From positions 3,045 through 67,044 of the forward strand of contig CAIVQG010000026.1 in NCBI GenBank assembly GCA_903907985.1: DNA of 64,000 bases, given 5' to 3'. A model generated the notes under the pieces. The model had not been told where the DNA came from. It was given only the letters and a program-made list of their open reading frames with translations, and did no database searches. Source of the DNA: an uncultured delta proteobacterium (GTDB lineage Bacteria; Desulfobacterota; Syntrophia; Syntrophales; Smithellaceae). Positions 18,485 to 28,920 of this stretch are shown piece by piece (position 1 is the first letter of the stretch; each line of letters begins with the position of its first letter). A program made the position numbers and the translations under genes.

Positions 18485-19804
18485 ATGAGTACGATAAAAA
18501 GTCAGGAGATGCAAAAACGTGCAAAACAGCGGATACCCGGCATGACGCAGCTTCTTTCCAAGCGACCGGACCAATTTTCACTGGGTGTATGGCCGGGGTA
18601 TTACAGCAAAGCTAAAGGTGTAGAGGTCTGGGATCTGGATGGCAACCTATATGTAGATATGTGTATTGGTGGTATCGGTGCCAATGTGCTTGGATATGCT
18701 GATGATGATGTAGATAAAGCAGTCTGCGAGGCGATAAAAAACGGTTCAAGCTCGTCTCTCAATTGTCCGGAAGAAATTGAGCTTGCCGACCTCTTATGCG
18801 AGATACATCCCTGGGCGGATAAAGTACGCTATGCCCGCTCCGGCGGAGAGTCAATGACGATAGCGGTCAGGATTGCCCGTGCGCAAACCGGTAAGGATAA
18901 AGTGGCCTTTTGTGGATATCATGGGTGGCATGACTGGTACTTGTCGGCAAATTTAGGCACTGAAAACGCATTAGGCGAGCATTTGTTGACAGGGCTTGAT
19001 CCCCGTGGGGTCCCGAAAGGTCTAACCGGAACTGCGCTGCCGTTTCGCTACAATCATATAGAAGAACTAAAAGAAATTATTGCGAACAATAAAAACGAAC
19101 TGGCTGCAATAGTTATGGAGCCGATTCGCGATGATGAACCCGATGCCGGGTTTTTTGATGAGATACGCGCTTTGGCAGATGAAACAAAAGCTGTTTTTAT
19201 AATTGATGAAATTTCTGCGGGGTTTCGTATGAATTCAGGTGGCGCCCATCTCATTTATAATATCCAGCCTGATATAGCAGTTTTTTCCAAAGCTTTGGGA
19301 AATGGCTATCCTATCGCTGCTATTATTGGTAAGGGCGATATTATGGATGCTGTACAAAAGACATTTATCAGCAGCACCATGTGGACAGAGCGTATTGGAC
19401 CAACAGCCGCACTGGCAACATTAAAGAAACATCGCTCATTGGATGCAGGAAAACATCTCGTGTCGATTGGAAAACTAATTCAGGAAGGTTGGGTAAGGTT
19501 GGCTGAAAAGAATGATTTGAAGATTCATGCTGGTGGAATTCCTCCGCTTAGTCATTTTTCGTTCGAATATTATAATAACAGTCTGGCATTAAAAGCTCTT
19601 TTCGTTCAGTTAATGCTTGATAAAGGTTTTTTGGCTTCAACATCTTTCTACTCCATGTATGCACACCAGCAGAAACATGTTGAAAGTTATCTCCATGCGG
19701 TCGATGAAGTATTTAAAGTAATTTCTCGGGCAATTAAACAGGGTGATGTTGAGCAAAAGCTAAAAGGAAAGCCTGCCGTGGCCGGTTTTAAGCGTCTTAC
19801 ATAA
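18485..19804 (+). CDS. Class III PLP aminotransferase (glutamate-1-semialdehyde aminomutase-like)
   Basis: WDLDGN, GYHGWHDW, IDEISAGFR, FSKALGNGYPI (PLP Lys); ATG at 18485 follows GGAGG. Confidence 0.9.
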   Translation: MSTIKSQEMQKRAKQRIPGMTQLLSKRPDQFSLGVWPGYYSKAKGVEVWDLDGNLYVDMCIGGIGANVLGYADDDVDKAVCEAIKNGSSSSLNCPEEIELADLLCEIHPWADKVRYARSGGESMTIAVRIARAQTGKDKVAFCGYHGWHDWYLSANLGTENALGEHLLTGLDPRGVPKGLTGTALPFRYNHIEELKEIIANNKNELAAIVMEPIRDDEPDAGFFDEIRALADETKAVFIIDEISAGFRMNSGGAHLIYNIQPDIAVFSKALGNGYPIAAIIGKGDIMDAVQKTFISSTMWTERIGPTAALATLKKHRSLDAGKHLVSIGKLIQEGWVRLAEKNDLKIHAGGIPPLSHFSFEYYNNSLALKALFVQLMLDKGFLASTSFYSMYAHQQKHVESYLHAVDEVFKVISRAIKQGDVEQKLKGKPAVAGFKRLT

Positions 19805-19813
19805 AAACATCTT

Positions 19814-20722
19814 ATGGTCACACTACCTGCCACATGTTCTCTTGTTTTAGGAACAGCACAACTTGGATTTCCTTATGGAATAGCTAATGCCAAGGGGCAG
19901 CCTGACCAGAAGACTGTAACAGATATAATTCAAAAAGCGTGGGATAATGGTATCAGAGAATTTGACACGGCCCAAGACTATGGGGCCAGCGAAAAAGTGC
20001 TGGGGATTGCTTTTGCGAAAATAGGTATTTTGGAAGAAGCAGGCGTTATCAGTAAGATCAATCCTGAACTGGACCACTGTAATCTGCTCACTATGTCTAA
20101 GGCTCTGGATGAATCACAAAAAAAATTAGGGGTTCCATGTCTTTCCGGCCTGATGCTCCACAAAGAAGATATGCTTTGCCAATGGTCAAATGGGCTTGGC
20201 GATATTTTAAGGGGTTTTGTTGCTGCGGGGAAAGTTAAAAAAATAGGGGTATCGGTTTATTCGCCTGAAAAAGCCTTAGAAGCATTAAGAATGGAAGGGA
20301 CTGATATGATTCAAATCCCTTCTAATATTCTTGACAGAAGGTTTGAGAGGGCGAAAGTATTCCAAGTGGCAGCAGAAAAAAAGAAACAGGTTTATATCCG
20401 CAGTGTTTTCCTTCAAGGGCTTATTCTTATGGATTCGAAAGACCTTCCGGCACATATGTCTTTTGCCGGGCCGGTGCTTGATAAAATTAAATCTCTTTCT
20501 CGTGACATGAGTTTAACAAGACATGAACTGGCCCTGGGATATCTCAAAGAAAGATTTCCGGAGGCAAAACTGATTATAGGTGTGGAAACACCTGAGCAAG
20601 TAATAGAAAATGTGATGAGTTGGAAAAGAAAAACGGCAGTAGATTTAATTCCGTTAGTTTCGAAATACTTCGATCAGGTTGATGAAAAGATTTTAAATCC
20701 CTCATTATGGAGTATTAAATGA
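19814..20722 (+). CDS. Aldo/keto reductase
   Basis: LGTAQLG, FDTAQDYGASE, KIGVSVY, RSVFLQG. Confidence 0.9.
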   Translation: MVTLPATCSLVLGTAQLGFPYGIANAKGQPDQKTVTDIIQKAWDNGIREFDTAQDYGASEKVLGIAFAKIGILEEAGVISKINPELDHCNLLTMSKALDESQKKLGVPCLSGLMLHKEDMLCQWSNGLGDILRGFVAAGKVKKIGVSVYSPEKALEALRMEGTDMIQIPSNILDRRFERAKVFQVAAEKKKQVYIRSVFLQGLILMDSKDLPAHMSFAGPVLDKIKSLSRDMSLTRHELALGYLKERFPEAKLIIGVETPEQVIENVMSWKRKTAVDLIPLVSKYFDQVDEKILNPSLWSIK

Positions 20723-21510
20723 TAGCTGCATTTATTCAAGCCAGACTGTCTTCAACACGTTTTCCGGGTAAAGTTCTCAAGCCTATTTTGGGAAGACCGA
20801 TGTTGGAGATGCAGATTGAACGCGTTAAGCTTTGTGAAACAATTGATCGTGTTGTCGTTGTTACAAGCACGCATCCCGATGATCAACAGATTGTCAACCT
20901 ATGTAAACAGATTAATACGGATGTTTTTTGCGGAAATCTGGAGAACGTTCTTGATCGATTTTATCAGGCGGCAAAAAAGTTCAAACCGGATCACGTTGTT
21001 CGGCTTACAGGGGATTGTCCTCTGATTGATCCTAAAGCTGTAGACAACATGGTGCAGCTTTACCTGGAACAAGATGGCGATTATGGAACTAATTGCATGC
21101 CGCCGACATATCCGGATGGTCTTGATGCAGAGATTTTTTCTTATAGGGCTCTTGAACTTGCAATCAACGAGGCGTTTCTGCCGTCTCATCTGGAGCATAT
21201 ATCGCTCTTCTTTGAAGAACAGCCGGAACGGTTTAAAATAGTAAATTTTGCCAATAATGCCGATCTTTCTTATCTGCGGTGGACGGTTGATGAGCCGGAA
21301 GACTTTGAATTTGTGAAAAATGTGTTTGAGGCTCTTTATCCTTCCAACCAGTTATTTGGCATGGCTGATGTTTTAGAGCTGTTAAGAAAAAGGCCGGAAT
21401 TAACTTCATTAAACAAACATTTTATCAGGAACGAAGGCCTTATCAAAGCGAAGGAAAAAGATACTGCTTTCCTTGAGCATGGTGGTGCATTGAAAAAACC
21501 TAACGGCTGA
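20719..21510 (+). CDS. Acylneuraminate cytidylyltransferase, SpsF type (PseF counterpart)
   Basis: IQARLSSTRFPGKVL, VRLTGDCPLIDP, RWTVDEPED. Confidence 0.88.
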   Translation: MIAAFIQARLSSTRFPGKVLKPILGRPMLEMQIERVKLCETIDRVVVVTSTHPDDQQIVNLCKQINTDVFCGNLENVLDRFYQAAKKFKPDHVVRLTGDCPLIDPKAVDNMVQLYLEQDGDYGTNCMPPTYPDGLDAEIFSYRALELAINEAFLPSHLEHISLFFEEQPERFKIVNFANNADLSYLRWTVDEPEDFEFVKNVFEALYPSNQLFGMADVLELLRKRPELTSLNKHFIRNEGLIKAKEKDTAFLEHGGALKKPNG

Positions 21511-21538
21511 GTTTAATAACCAAAAAGGTGGCCTAATT

Positions 21539-22582
21539 ATGTGTATGATATTAAATAAGAGAAAAATTTGTGCCGGAAAACCAGTTTATATTATTGCCGA
21601 AATGTCGGCAAATCACAACCAGCACTTGGATCGGGCAATTAAAATTATTGAAGCTGCCAAGGATTCAGGAGCGGATGCTGTGAAAATTCAGACTTATACC
21701 CCGGATACAATGACCATTGATTCCGCAAATGAATGCTTTCAGATTAAAGGCACTATCTGGGAAGGGGAAAATCTATACAAACTGTATCAAGAAGCTTTTA
21801 CACCATGGGAATGGTCGCCGAAATTGAAAGAAGTCTGTGATAAACTTGGGATGGATTTTTTTTCAACACCATTTGATTTGTCAGCGGTTGATTTTCTGGA
21901 GCGGCTTAATATTACGGCTTACAAGGTAGCTTCTTTTGAATTGGTAGATATACCTTTGCTGAAGAAAATTGCAGCAACAGGCAAGCCGATCATCATGTCC
22001 ACCGGGATGGCAACATTGGCGGAGATAGATGAAGCTGTTCAAACAATTTATAATTCAGGCAATAATCAGTTGGCATTGCTTAAATGTACAAGCGCCTATC
22101 CGGCGCCACCCGAAGAAATGAATTTGAGAACGATTCCTCATCTTTCCGAGGCCTATAATATTCCTGTAGGTCTCTCTGATCACACATTAGGAAGTGCTGC
22201 TGCCATGGCGGCAGTTGCTCTTGGTGCTTGCATTATAGAGAAGCATCTGACCTTAACTCGCAGCGATCCCGGCCCTGATAGTGCGTTCTCTACGGAACCC
22301 GCTGAATTTAAGGCTATGGTAGATGATATCAGAACTGTGGAAAAGGCCTTAGGTATGGTTTGTTATGAGCTTACGGAGAAACAGAAGGAGAATCGTGTAT
22401 TCCGGAGATCTCTTTTTGTGGTTAAAGACTTAAAGAAAGGCGATTATTTCTCTAATGAAAATGTCAGGTCCATAAGACCGGGTCACGGAATGCATACTCG
22501 ATATCTGGAAGAAATTCTAGGTCGGAAAGCCACGAAGGATATTGAAAAGGGAACGCCATTGAATTGGGACATGGTGGGATGA
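21539..22582 (+). CDS. pseI: Pseudaminic acid synthase
   Basis: IAEMSANHN, KIQTYTPDT, STPFD, KVASFE, LKCTSAYP, GLSDHT, C-terminal SAF/antifreeze-like domain. Confidence 0.95.
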   Translation: MCMILNKRKICAGKPVYIIAEMSANHNQHLDRAIKIIEAAKDSGADAVKIQTYTPDTMTIDSANECFQIKGTIWEGENLYKLYQEAFTPWEWSPKLKEVCDKLGMDFFSTPFDLSAVDFLERLNITAYKVASFELVDIPLLKKIAATGKPIIMSTGMATLAEIDEAVQTIYNSGNNQLALLKCTSAYPAPPEEMNLRTIPHLSEAYNIPVGLSDHTLGSAAAMAAVALGACIIEKHLTLTRSDPGPDSAFSTEPAEFKAMVDDIRTVEKALGMVCYELTEKQKENRVFRRSLFVVKDLKKGDYFSNENVRSIRPGHGMHTRYLEEILGRKATKDIEKGTPLNWDMVG

Positions 22583-22676
22583 TTGCCCGCCGCTGGACAT
22601 GAGAACATTTCTCAGGCGTCAAATTAATTTTGCGAAGCTTAGTGAAAACGCATTAAATATCAGATAGAGAGAGTAG

Positions 22677-23678
22677 ATGATAAATGTAAAAACAAGAAGT
22701 ATTTCTCCAGAGTTGCCGGGAACCGATAAAAAACTGGGTCCGGTTTTTCATGATGAAAAATGGATAGCATACCGGAAAAAATGGGATGAATATCCTGCTT
22801 ATGGAATTGTAGATAAAGTCCCCCTGCAGATTGATCTGTTTGCAGTTGATATATGCAATCTGAAATGCCCCATGTGCCCGAGGCAGGTTTTCATTCCCGG
22901 TAAGGGATATATGGATTTTAGTTTTGTTAAGGCAGTAATAGATCAGGCGACGGAGCATGGTTTGTGTGCTTTGAACTTTGCTGGTTTAGGAGAACCAACG
23001 TTGTATCCTGAACTTTTTGCAGTAATTAGATATGCAAAAGAAAAAGGTGTTGTCGATGTAAATATGCACACGAACGGTACCAGACTGGGCACGGCATTTA
23101 ATAAGAATCTCATTGAATCAGGTCTGGACAGGCTCATTATCTCACTCGATAGTGCCGATAAAGAGCGCTACGAAAGAATCAGGGTGGGTGCCAAATTTGA
23201 AAAGGTCTATGCGGCAGTTGAAGATTTAATAAAGCAGCGCAACGAGCATCCCCAAACCAGACTGCATATTAAAGCAAATTTTATTGAAATGGATGAAAGC
23301 GATCCCACGGAGAAGAACAAATTCATATCTTACTGGGAGAACAAATTGGATCGCATAGCGATTTTGCGATACCTTGATTGTCAATCAGAAGAGGAAGAGC
23401 TTTATCATAAAGCAAATTATAATCAGGATGATAATTTCTGCTGTCCGGAATTATGGCGCCGATTGGTTATATTAAGTGATGGCACAGCAACACTTTGTCC
23501 GCGTGATATGAAAAAAAGGTATGTCATTGGTGATATCGACAAACAAACGGTTTCCGAGATCTGGGAAGGTGTGATGATGCAAAAAGCAAGAGACCTTCAC
23601 CGGAATGGCCGTTTTAAAGAATTGGATTTATGTAAAGATTGTCCGGATTCTTATGAAAAGAAAAGTGTTGTAGAATGA
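22677..23678 (+). CDS. Radical SAM protein with SPASM/twitch domain
   Basis: CNLKCPMC, GLGEP; C-terminal C-P-ELW...DGTATLC...CKDC. Confidence 0.9.
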   Translation: MINVKTRSISPELPGTDKKLGPVFHDEKWIAYRKKWDEYPAYGIVDKVPLQIDLFAVDICNLKCPMCPRQVFIPGKGYMDFSFVKAVIDQATEHGLCALNFAGLGEPTLYPELFAVIRYAKEKGVVDVNMHTNGTRLGTAFNKNLIESGLDRLIISLDSADKERYERIRVGAKFEKVYAAVEDLIKQRNEHPQTRLHIKANFIEMDESDPTEKNKFISYWENKLDRIAILRYLDCQSEEEELYHKANYNQDDNFCCPELWRRLVILSDGTATLCPRDMKKRYVIGDIDKQTVSEIWEGVMMQKARDLHRNGRFKELDLCKDCPDSYEKKSVVE

Positions 23679-24685
23679 AGATCAAGAAGAACTGGGAAAT
23701 CAAGGCTTCTCTTTTAACAAAAGCTCGTAATCTTTATAGGAAGGGTGGTTTAAACCCCGCATTTTATCTTTATAGATATCGCTTTAGTGCACTGGCTGAC
23801 AAATTCAAGATAGGGAAATATCCTCTGGACGTAATTGCGGAAACCTCAAATATTTGTAACCTGCGCTGTACGATGTGTTTTCAGAGTGATGAAGCATTGC
23901 CTGTTTTGAAGACCACAAAAGTTTCACTAATGGCAATGGATACTTTTAAAAAAATTGCCGATGAGTGTGCAAGTTATAAAATTCCCGCCCTAAAACTGAA
24001 CTGGCGGGGAGAGCCCATGTTAAATAAGAACTTTACTGAAATGTTGAGATATGCCAAAGGCAAAGGCATTTTGGAGGTTACTTCTTTAACCAATGGAACA
24101 TTGATGAATGAAAATATCTGCCGGGAAATTGTAGCGGCAAAGATGGACCAGCTTGTTATTTCGATTGATGGATTTACCAAAGAAACATACGAAAAAATCA
24201 GGGTTGGCGCCGATTATGATGAAGTAATTAACAATATAAATAACTTGATAGGTATAAGGGGAAAATCAAGAAAACCCTTTATCCGATTGCAATATACAGA
24301 ATCTGAAATTAATAAACACGAAACTTCCTCATTTTATCAGTATTGGAACAAGAAGGTTGACGAAATTACAGTTTCCTACTGCCAGGATTTCGGCTCTCTC
24401 GGGAAAAATAATCCTGATGAAGTGCCAATTCATTCATTCTTTTGTCAACAGCCTTTTCAACGCTTAGTTATTATGGCAGACGGCACAGTAACTGTGTGTG
24501 CAACTGATGTAATGGGGGACATCTCTATCGGGAATATTTATGAAGATAGCCTGGAGCATCTCTGGAATGGTTCTAAAATAAACAAGTTACGAGAACAGCA
24601 TAAATCCGGTAGATATTACGAAAATTCAATGTGCCGAATATGTGCACATAATCGTTTCAATGCAAACAAGCAAGCTGGTCGTTAG
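23675..24685 (+). CDS. Radical SAM protein with SPASM/twitch domain
   Basis: CNLRCTMC, WRGEP; C-terminal CQQPF...DGTVTVC...CRIC. Confidence 0.9.
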   Translation: MKIKKNWEIKASLLTKARNLYRKGGLNPAFYLYRYRFSALADKFKIGKYPLDVIAETSNICNLRCTMCFQSDEALPVLKTTKVSLMAMDTFKKIADECASYKIPALKLNWRGEPMLNKNFTEMLRYAKGKGILEVTSLTNGTLMNENICREIVAAKMDQLVISIDGFTKETYEKIRVGADYDEVINNINNLIGIRGKSRKPFIRLQYTESEINKHETSSFYQYWNKKVDEITVSYCQDFGSLGKNNPDEVPIHSFFCQQPFQRLVIMADGTVTVCATDVMGDISIGNIYEDSLEHLWNGSKINKLREQHKSGRYYENSMCRICAHNRFNANKQAGR

Positions 24686-24713
24686 TTTTATACATTATTG
24701 GCAGGTGTGGTAA

Positions 24714-26561
24714 TTGATAAATAATAGTGTCCGTATTTTAAATACGGAATACAGATATATTTTTCTTGTTCAAAATCGTGATTATTGGAATGCATGTCCA
24801 TTTGAATATGATCTTGAAAAAGACCTTGTATTATCTTTTGATTTTGCCGTTGTTAATTTGGTCAAGTCTAAGGGAGGAGAAGCGCAGTACATTGATCATA
24901 TCGTCAGTAGCGAAATAATGGAAAGCTACAATTACAAGACATATGATTTCTTCGCTCATTGGCATTATAATGCAAACAAAGAGGATATTTTTAGTTATAA
25001 AGGAATCGAAGTAGGAAGTGCTTTTAGGATAGAGATATGGAACGACCTTACATTTTACGTACGAATATTCATAAATGTACATGAATTATTAAAAAGCATT
25101 AAATATGAGAGAATTTATGCTGGGATTGATGATCCCGTCGTCAATGATGTTCTTGAATTTCTCAAGATTGCTAACACCAAATGGCCGAAAAAGAATAATA
25201 AAGGTTCATCTGAATATTATTTCCCGATTTTTAAATGGATGGACGACGCCCTTCATCCATCTGATATCAAGTACAAGGCGAGAATATTTATTCTTAGAGT
25301 ATTGAATAAAATATTCAGCCTTATAAGAAAACTGTTCTGCAAGATAAATGACAAAAAGTATGTGTATGTTGAGTGGTATCATCCGACTAAGGACATTATC
25401 TCCGCTCTGAAAAGGTCAAATGCTGTCAATACAGTGCAGAGTGATTTTAGCGGTATAAATAGTATAAAAGACTTATTTAACGGACTAAATCTTCCTATAC
25501 CTGTTTCTCTAAATGCTGATTGTAGTGATATTGCAACACAAGAAATAATAAAGAGATTTAATGAAGAAAAATGTGCAACTTTATTTATTGATGAAACAGA
25601 TATAAGTAATGAGCTTCATAAGTTAATTATTAAAAGAATTTCACCTCTTGTAGCTAAATCGTTTAAAATAGTTGATGCCATAATAAAGTTTTTTAACGAT
25701 AAAAGGCTCTGTCTTATGATTACAATGGCCAGCATTGGAGTAGTAAATCGATTAATGATTAACTACTGCAATAAAAACAATGTTACCGTTTATATGATCA
25801 TTAATGGATGGCTGGGAAATTCCTTTCTTGATGAGGCTAAATCAGGCGGCACCTGGATCAATTCATATAGCGACGCGATAAAAAAGAACTATTTTATGGG
25901 TATGGATAATATAGTTTGCCTCGGAGACCCACGTATGGACAAATTTGCAATGTCTATCGTAGTAAGAAAAATAGATTATAACAAGCCAACTATCGGGATA
26001 GGCGCGTCAGGATTTACTAATGTTGATTTGAACTGTTATCTTGCAATTGAATTTGAATTTTTGAATGATGTGATGAATGCATTCAGGAAACTGAAGGAAA
26101 TGGGCAGAGAGATGAATATTATAATAAAAATTCGTCAAAACGGCTACATTGAACAATACGAGAAATTTCTTCAGGAGTACTACCCGGATATGTCAGTGAG
26201 CCTTTTTGATTCTATACCGATAAATCAGATTTATGAAAGAGTTGATTTTTTCATATCCATTTATTCACAAAGTCTTTTTGAAGCTTCATGTCTGGGAATA
26301 CCAGTTTTGTACTATAAAAATGATACACAGTATTTTCAACCTCCGTTCGATGGTGAATCCGAAATCGTCACGGGATTTACACCGGATGATCTTATAAGCA
26401 AGATAGAAGCCTTTTATAACCGTGATGCAATCTATGACTCGTTTAAAGAGAAAAAAATAATGGGAAAATATATTGGCCCTTTGGATGGACAAAATCTAAA
26501 ACGTAACATGGATTTCATTTATTCTTTGATGCCTGACGATCATGTTAAGACTGCTCATTAA
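24714..26561 (+). CDS. Hypothetical protein with GT-B-like C-terminus; candidate nonulosonate transferase
   Basis: 615-aa intact ORF; CLGDPRMD, IIIKIR, SQSLFEASCLGIPV resemble GT-B C-terminal motifs; between the pse genes and wzx. Confidence 0.5.
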   Translation: MINNSVRILNTEYRYIFLVQNRDYWNACPFEYDLEKDLVLSFDFAVVNLVKSKGGEAQYIDHIVSSEIMESYNYKTYDFFAHWHYNANKEDIFSYKGIEVGSAFRIEIWNDLTFYVRIFINVHELLKSIKYERIYAGIDDPVVNDVLEFLKIANTKWPKKNNKGSSEYYFPIFKWMDDALHPSDIKYKARIFILRVLNKIFSLIRKLFCKINDKKYVYVEWYHPTKDIISALKRSNAVNTVQSDFSGINSIKDLFNGLNLPIPVSLNADCSDIATQEIIKRFNEEKCATLFIDETDISNELHKLIIKRISPLVAKSFKIVDAIIKFFNDKRLCLMITMASIGVVNRLMINYCNKNNVTVYMIINGWLGNSFLDEAKSGGTWINSYSDAIKKNYFMGMDNIVCLGDPRMDKFAMSIVVRKIDYNKPTIGIGASGFTNVDLNCYLAIEFEFLNDVMNAFRKLKEMGREMNIIIKIRQNGYIEQYEKFLQEYYPDMSVSLFDSIPINQIYERVDFFISIYSQSLFEASCLGIPVLYYKNDTQYFQPPFDGESEIVTGFTPDDLISKIEAFYNRDAIYDSFKEKKIMGKYIGPLDGQNLKRNMDFIYSLMPDDHVKTAH

Positions 26562-26668
26562 AGTTTCTTGTTTTACCGCTGGTAGTTTTCTGTCGTTTTA
26601 ACCTGTTGATTTTTTCCTGGTTCACGGAATTTTTCGGGGACCAACCACTCGGGAATCTTAAACAAAAC

Positions 26669-28225
26669 ATGTCTGAAGTAAAAAATAATAATTCTGAAGA
26701 TTCTTTTAAAAAAAGATATTCTTTTAAATTGATAACTAATATTATTGGATTAGGTATCGGCTTAATAACGCAATCTATCGTTCCCCGGGCATTAGGTCCT
26801 GCTTCATATGGGAACTTTTCTTTTCTTACCAGCTTCTTCTGGTCTGTTGCCGGTTTTTTAAACTTCAATTCATCCACTTTTTTTTATACAAAGTTGTCAC
26901 AGAAGCAAGATGATAAAACATTAGTGGGATTTTATTTTTATTTTGTCTTAATCATTGGTTTATTTCTGGGAGTGATTTTAGCTTTCCCGGTAGTGCTTGG
27001 TTATAATGAAATTATATGGCCGGAACAGAAATTTATTTTTGTGATTCTTGGTGCCATCTGGGCGTATATGTCATTTTATGTGATGATTTTAGTAGACATG
27101 TCCGATGCGTATGGTTTGACTGTTAAATCTGAAAAGGTCAATACAGTCCTGAAAATTGTTGGTTTAACCATAATTTTAATAATGTTCTGGAAAAATTGGT
27201 TTTCCCTTCTTAATTATTTTTTGTATCACCTATTAATTTTGGCACTTTCGATAAGTGCGTTAATTTATATTATTTTTAAAAATAAAAAATCTCTTTCTCC
27301 TTTCTGGCGATTGGATAATGCACAGGTTAAAAAATATGCGAAAGATTTTTCGAAGTTTTGTGCTCCATTGATAGTATTTACATTTTTGGGAGTTGTTGCC
27401 CAGATATTAGAGAGATGGTTTTTGCAGACCTTTTCCGGCAGTGTTAAACAGGGCTTCTTCGCATTGTCTTCTCAAGTTGCCAGTATTTCTTTTCTATTCA
27501 CTTCAGCAGTAATGCCGCTTGTTTTACGGGATCAAGCCATCTCTTTTGGAAACAAGGATTTAGAAAGGTCGCAAAAAATTTTTAAACGTTCAACTTTTAC
27601 ACTTTATTTATTAACGACATTTTTTTGTTGTTTTATTGCTGTTGAGGCAAAAACAGTCTTGCTTTTTTTTGGCGGTCAGGCCTATTCAGAAGCATTAGTG
27701 CCTCTGGCTATTATGTCTTTATATCCTATCCATCAGACTTATGGACAATTGAACGGCAATTTTTTTTTTGCAACAGAACGCGTAGTAGCATATCGGAATA
27801 TTGGACTGATTTTTATATTTATAGGTATACCAATAACATTCTTTTTGTTAGGTCCTGAAAAATATGGTGCTTTGCAGTATGGCGCGACAGGCTTGGCATT
27901 AAAAATGGTCGGCCTTCAGATTATAAGCACAAATGTACAGCTTTGGTTTAATGTTAAATATTTAAAAATATCCTTCAAAGAGTTTTTGGTTAACCAGATT
28001 GCCTGTTTTTCAATATGTATGCTTACTGCCCTTGCATGCTCTTATGCCGTTGATGAAATATTAAAGAGTTTCCATTTTTCTATCCGATTCCTAATTTCGG
28101 GGCTTTTCTATTCATCATGTATGCTTGTTTTAATAATAAAAAAACCGAATGTGTTTTCATTGGAAGAAGAGGATGTTTTAAAAGTACTCAATTACGTTAA
28201 AGGGAAATTGGCATTCCAGCGATAA
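26669..28225 (+). CDS. wzx: O-antigen flippase
   Basis: About 12-14 TM segments, PRALGPASYG, G.F.L pattern; start uncertain (26606 TTG or 26669 ATG). Confidence 0.85.
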   Translation: MSEVKNNNSEDSFKKRYSFKLITNIIGLGIGLITQSIVPRALGPASYGNFSFLTSFFWSVAGFLNFNSSTFFYTKLSQKQDDKTLVGFYFYFVLIIGLFLGVILAFPVVLGYNEIIWPEQKFIFVILGAIWAYMSFYVMILVDMSDAYGLTVKSEKVNTVLKIVGLTIILIMFWKNWFSLLNYFLYHLLILALSISALIYIIFKNKKSLSPFWRLDNAQVKKYAKDFSKFCAPLIVFTFLGVVAQILERWFLQTFSGSVKQGFFALSSQVASISFLFTSAVMPLVLRDQAISFGNKDLERSQKIFKRSTFTLYLLTTFFCCFIAVEAKTVLLFFGGQAYSEALVPLAIMSLYPIHQTYGQLNGNFFFATERVVAYRNIGLIFIFIGIPITFFLLGPEKYGALQYGATGLALKMVGLQIISTNVQLWFNVKYLKISFKEFLVNQIACFSICMLTALACSYAVDEILKSFHFSIRFLISGLFYSSCMLVLIIKKPNVFSLEEEDVLKVLNYVKGKLAFQR

Positions 28226-28920
28226 TGAATTCATTAATTAAATATACATGGATGCAATTTAAAGAGTTTATTGTTTCTGCCCGTTTACAGGCAAAAATGG
28301 AAAGGAAATATCCAACATGCCTTTTCTATCCGGGCGCGATTGTAGATGATATTTCCAGACTCGGAAAATACAATGTAATTTTTCAGAAATCAATAATTAT
28401 TGATTCGGTTATTGGAGACCACACATTTATACAAAAAAATTCACAGGTAATATGTGCAGAAATAGGAAAGTTCTGTTCTATAGCCGGGGGAGTGAAGATA
28501 GGTCTTGGACGACATCCGCTGACTTTTGTAAGTACTCATCCGGCATTTTATTCTGCAACACAACCGCTTGCCAAAACATTCTGCCAGTCCGACGTTTTTT
28601 CCCCTTTCCAGCGCACGTCTATCGGTCATGATGTATGGATCGGAGAAAGCGCCATGATCGTTGACGGAATAAAGATAGGTATTGGTGCGGTTGTAGCTGC
28701 AGGTGCCGTGGTTACTAAGGATGTGCCTCCTTATGCAATTGTGGCAGGAGTTCCGGCAAAAATAATAAAATACCGTTTTGACGAAGAGACAAAGAAACAG
28801 CTTCTGCAATCAAAGTGGTGGGATATGGACGAGGATGTTCTTCGGAATCATTACAAGTTGTTTATGAATGCGAAGACATTTGTTACAACAAATATTCTAA
28901 ATAATAGAGAGGGTCTATAG
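28225..28920 (+). CDS. CatB-related left-handed beta-helix O-acetyltransferase
   Basis: IGKFCSIA, H...VSTHP, IGHDVWIG, GAVVTKDVPPYAIVAGVPA. Confidence 0.9.
   Translation: MNSLIKYTWMQFKEFIVSARLQAKMERKYPTCLFYPGAIVDDISRLGKYNVIFQKSIIIDSVIGDHTFIQKNSQVICAEIGKFCSIAGGVKIGLGRHPLTFVSTHPAFYSATQPLAKTFCQSDVFSPFQRTSIGHDVWIGESAMIVDGIKIGIGAVVAAGAVVTKDVPPYAIVAGVPAKIIKYRFDEETKKQLLQSKWWDMDEDVLRNHYKLFMNAKTFVTTNILNNREGL

Noticed and set aside
16402-19804. Housekeeping fmt and hemL
   Set aside because: The Fmt-like protein is too short, both have divergent motifs, and both are embedded in the pse operon.
18426-22614. Short intergenic hairpins at about 18427-18446 and 22600-22614 as terminators
   Set aside because: Stems of only 6-7 bp without U-tracts.
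27760-27769. Homopolymer runs as phase-variation switches (T10 in wzx, T9 at 37399, A9 at 45831)
   Set aside because: A/T runs of this length are expected in AT-rich genes, all frames are intact, and no long G/C tracts were seen.
28225-28920. Chloramphenicol/streptogramin resistance acetyltransferase
   Set aside because: It is coupled to wzx in an O-antigen operon; sugar O-acetylation is the simpler reading.
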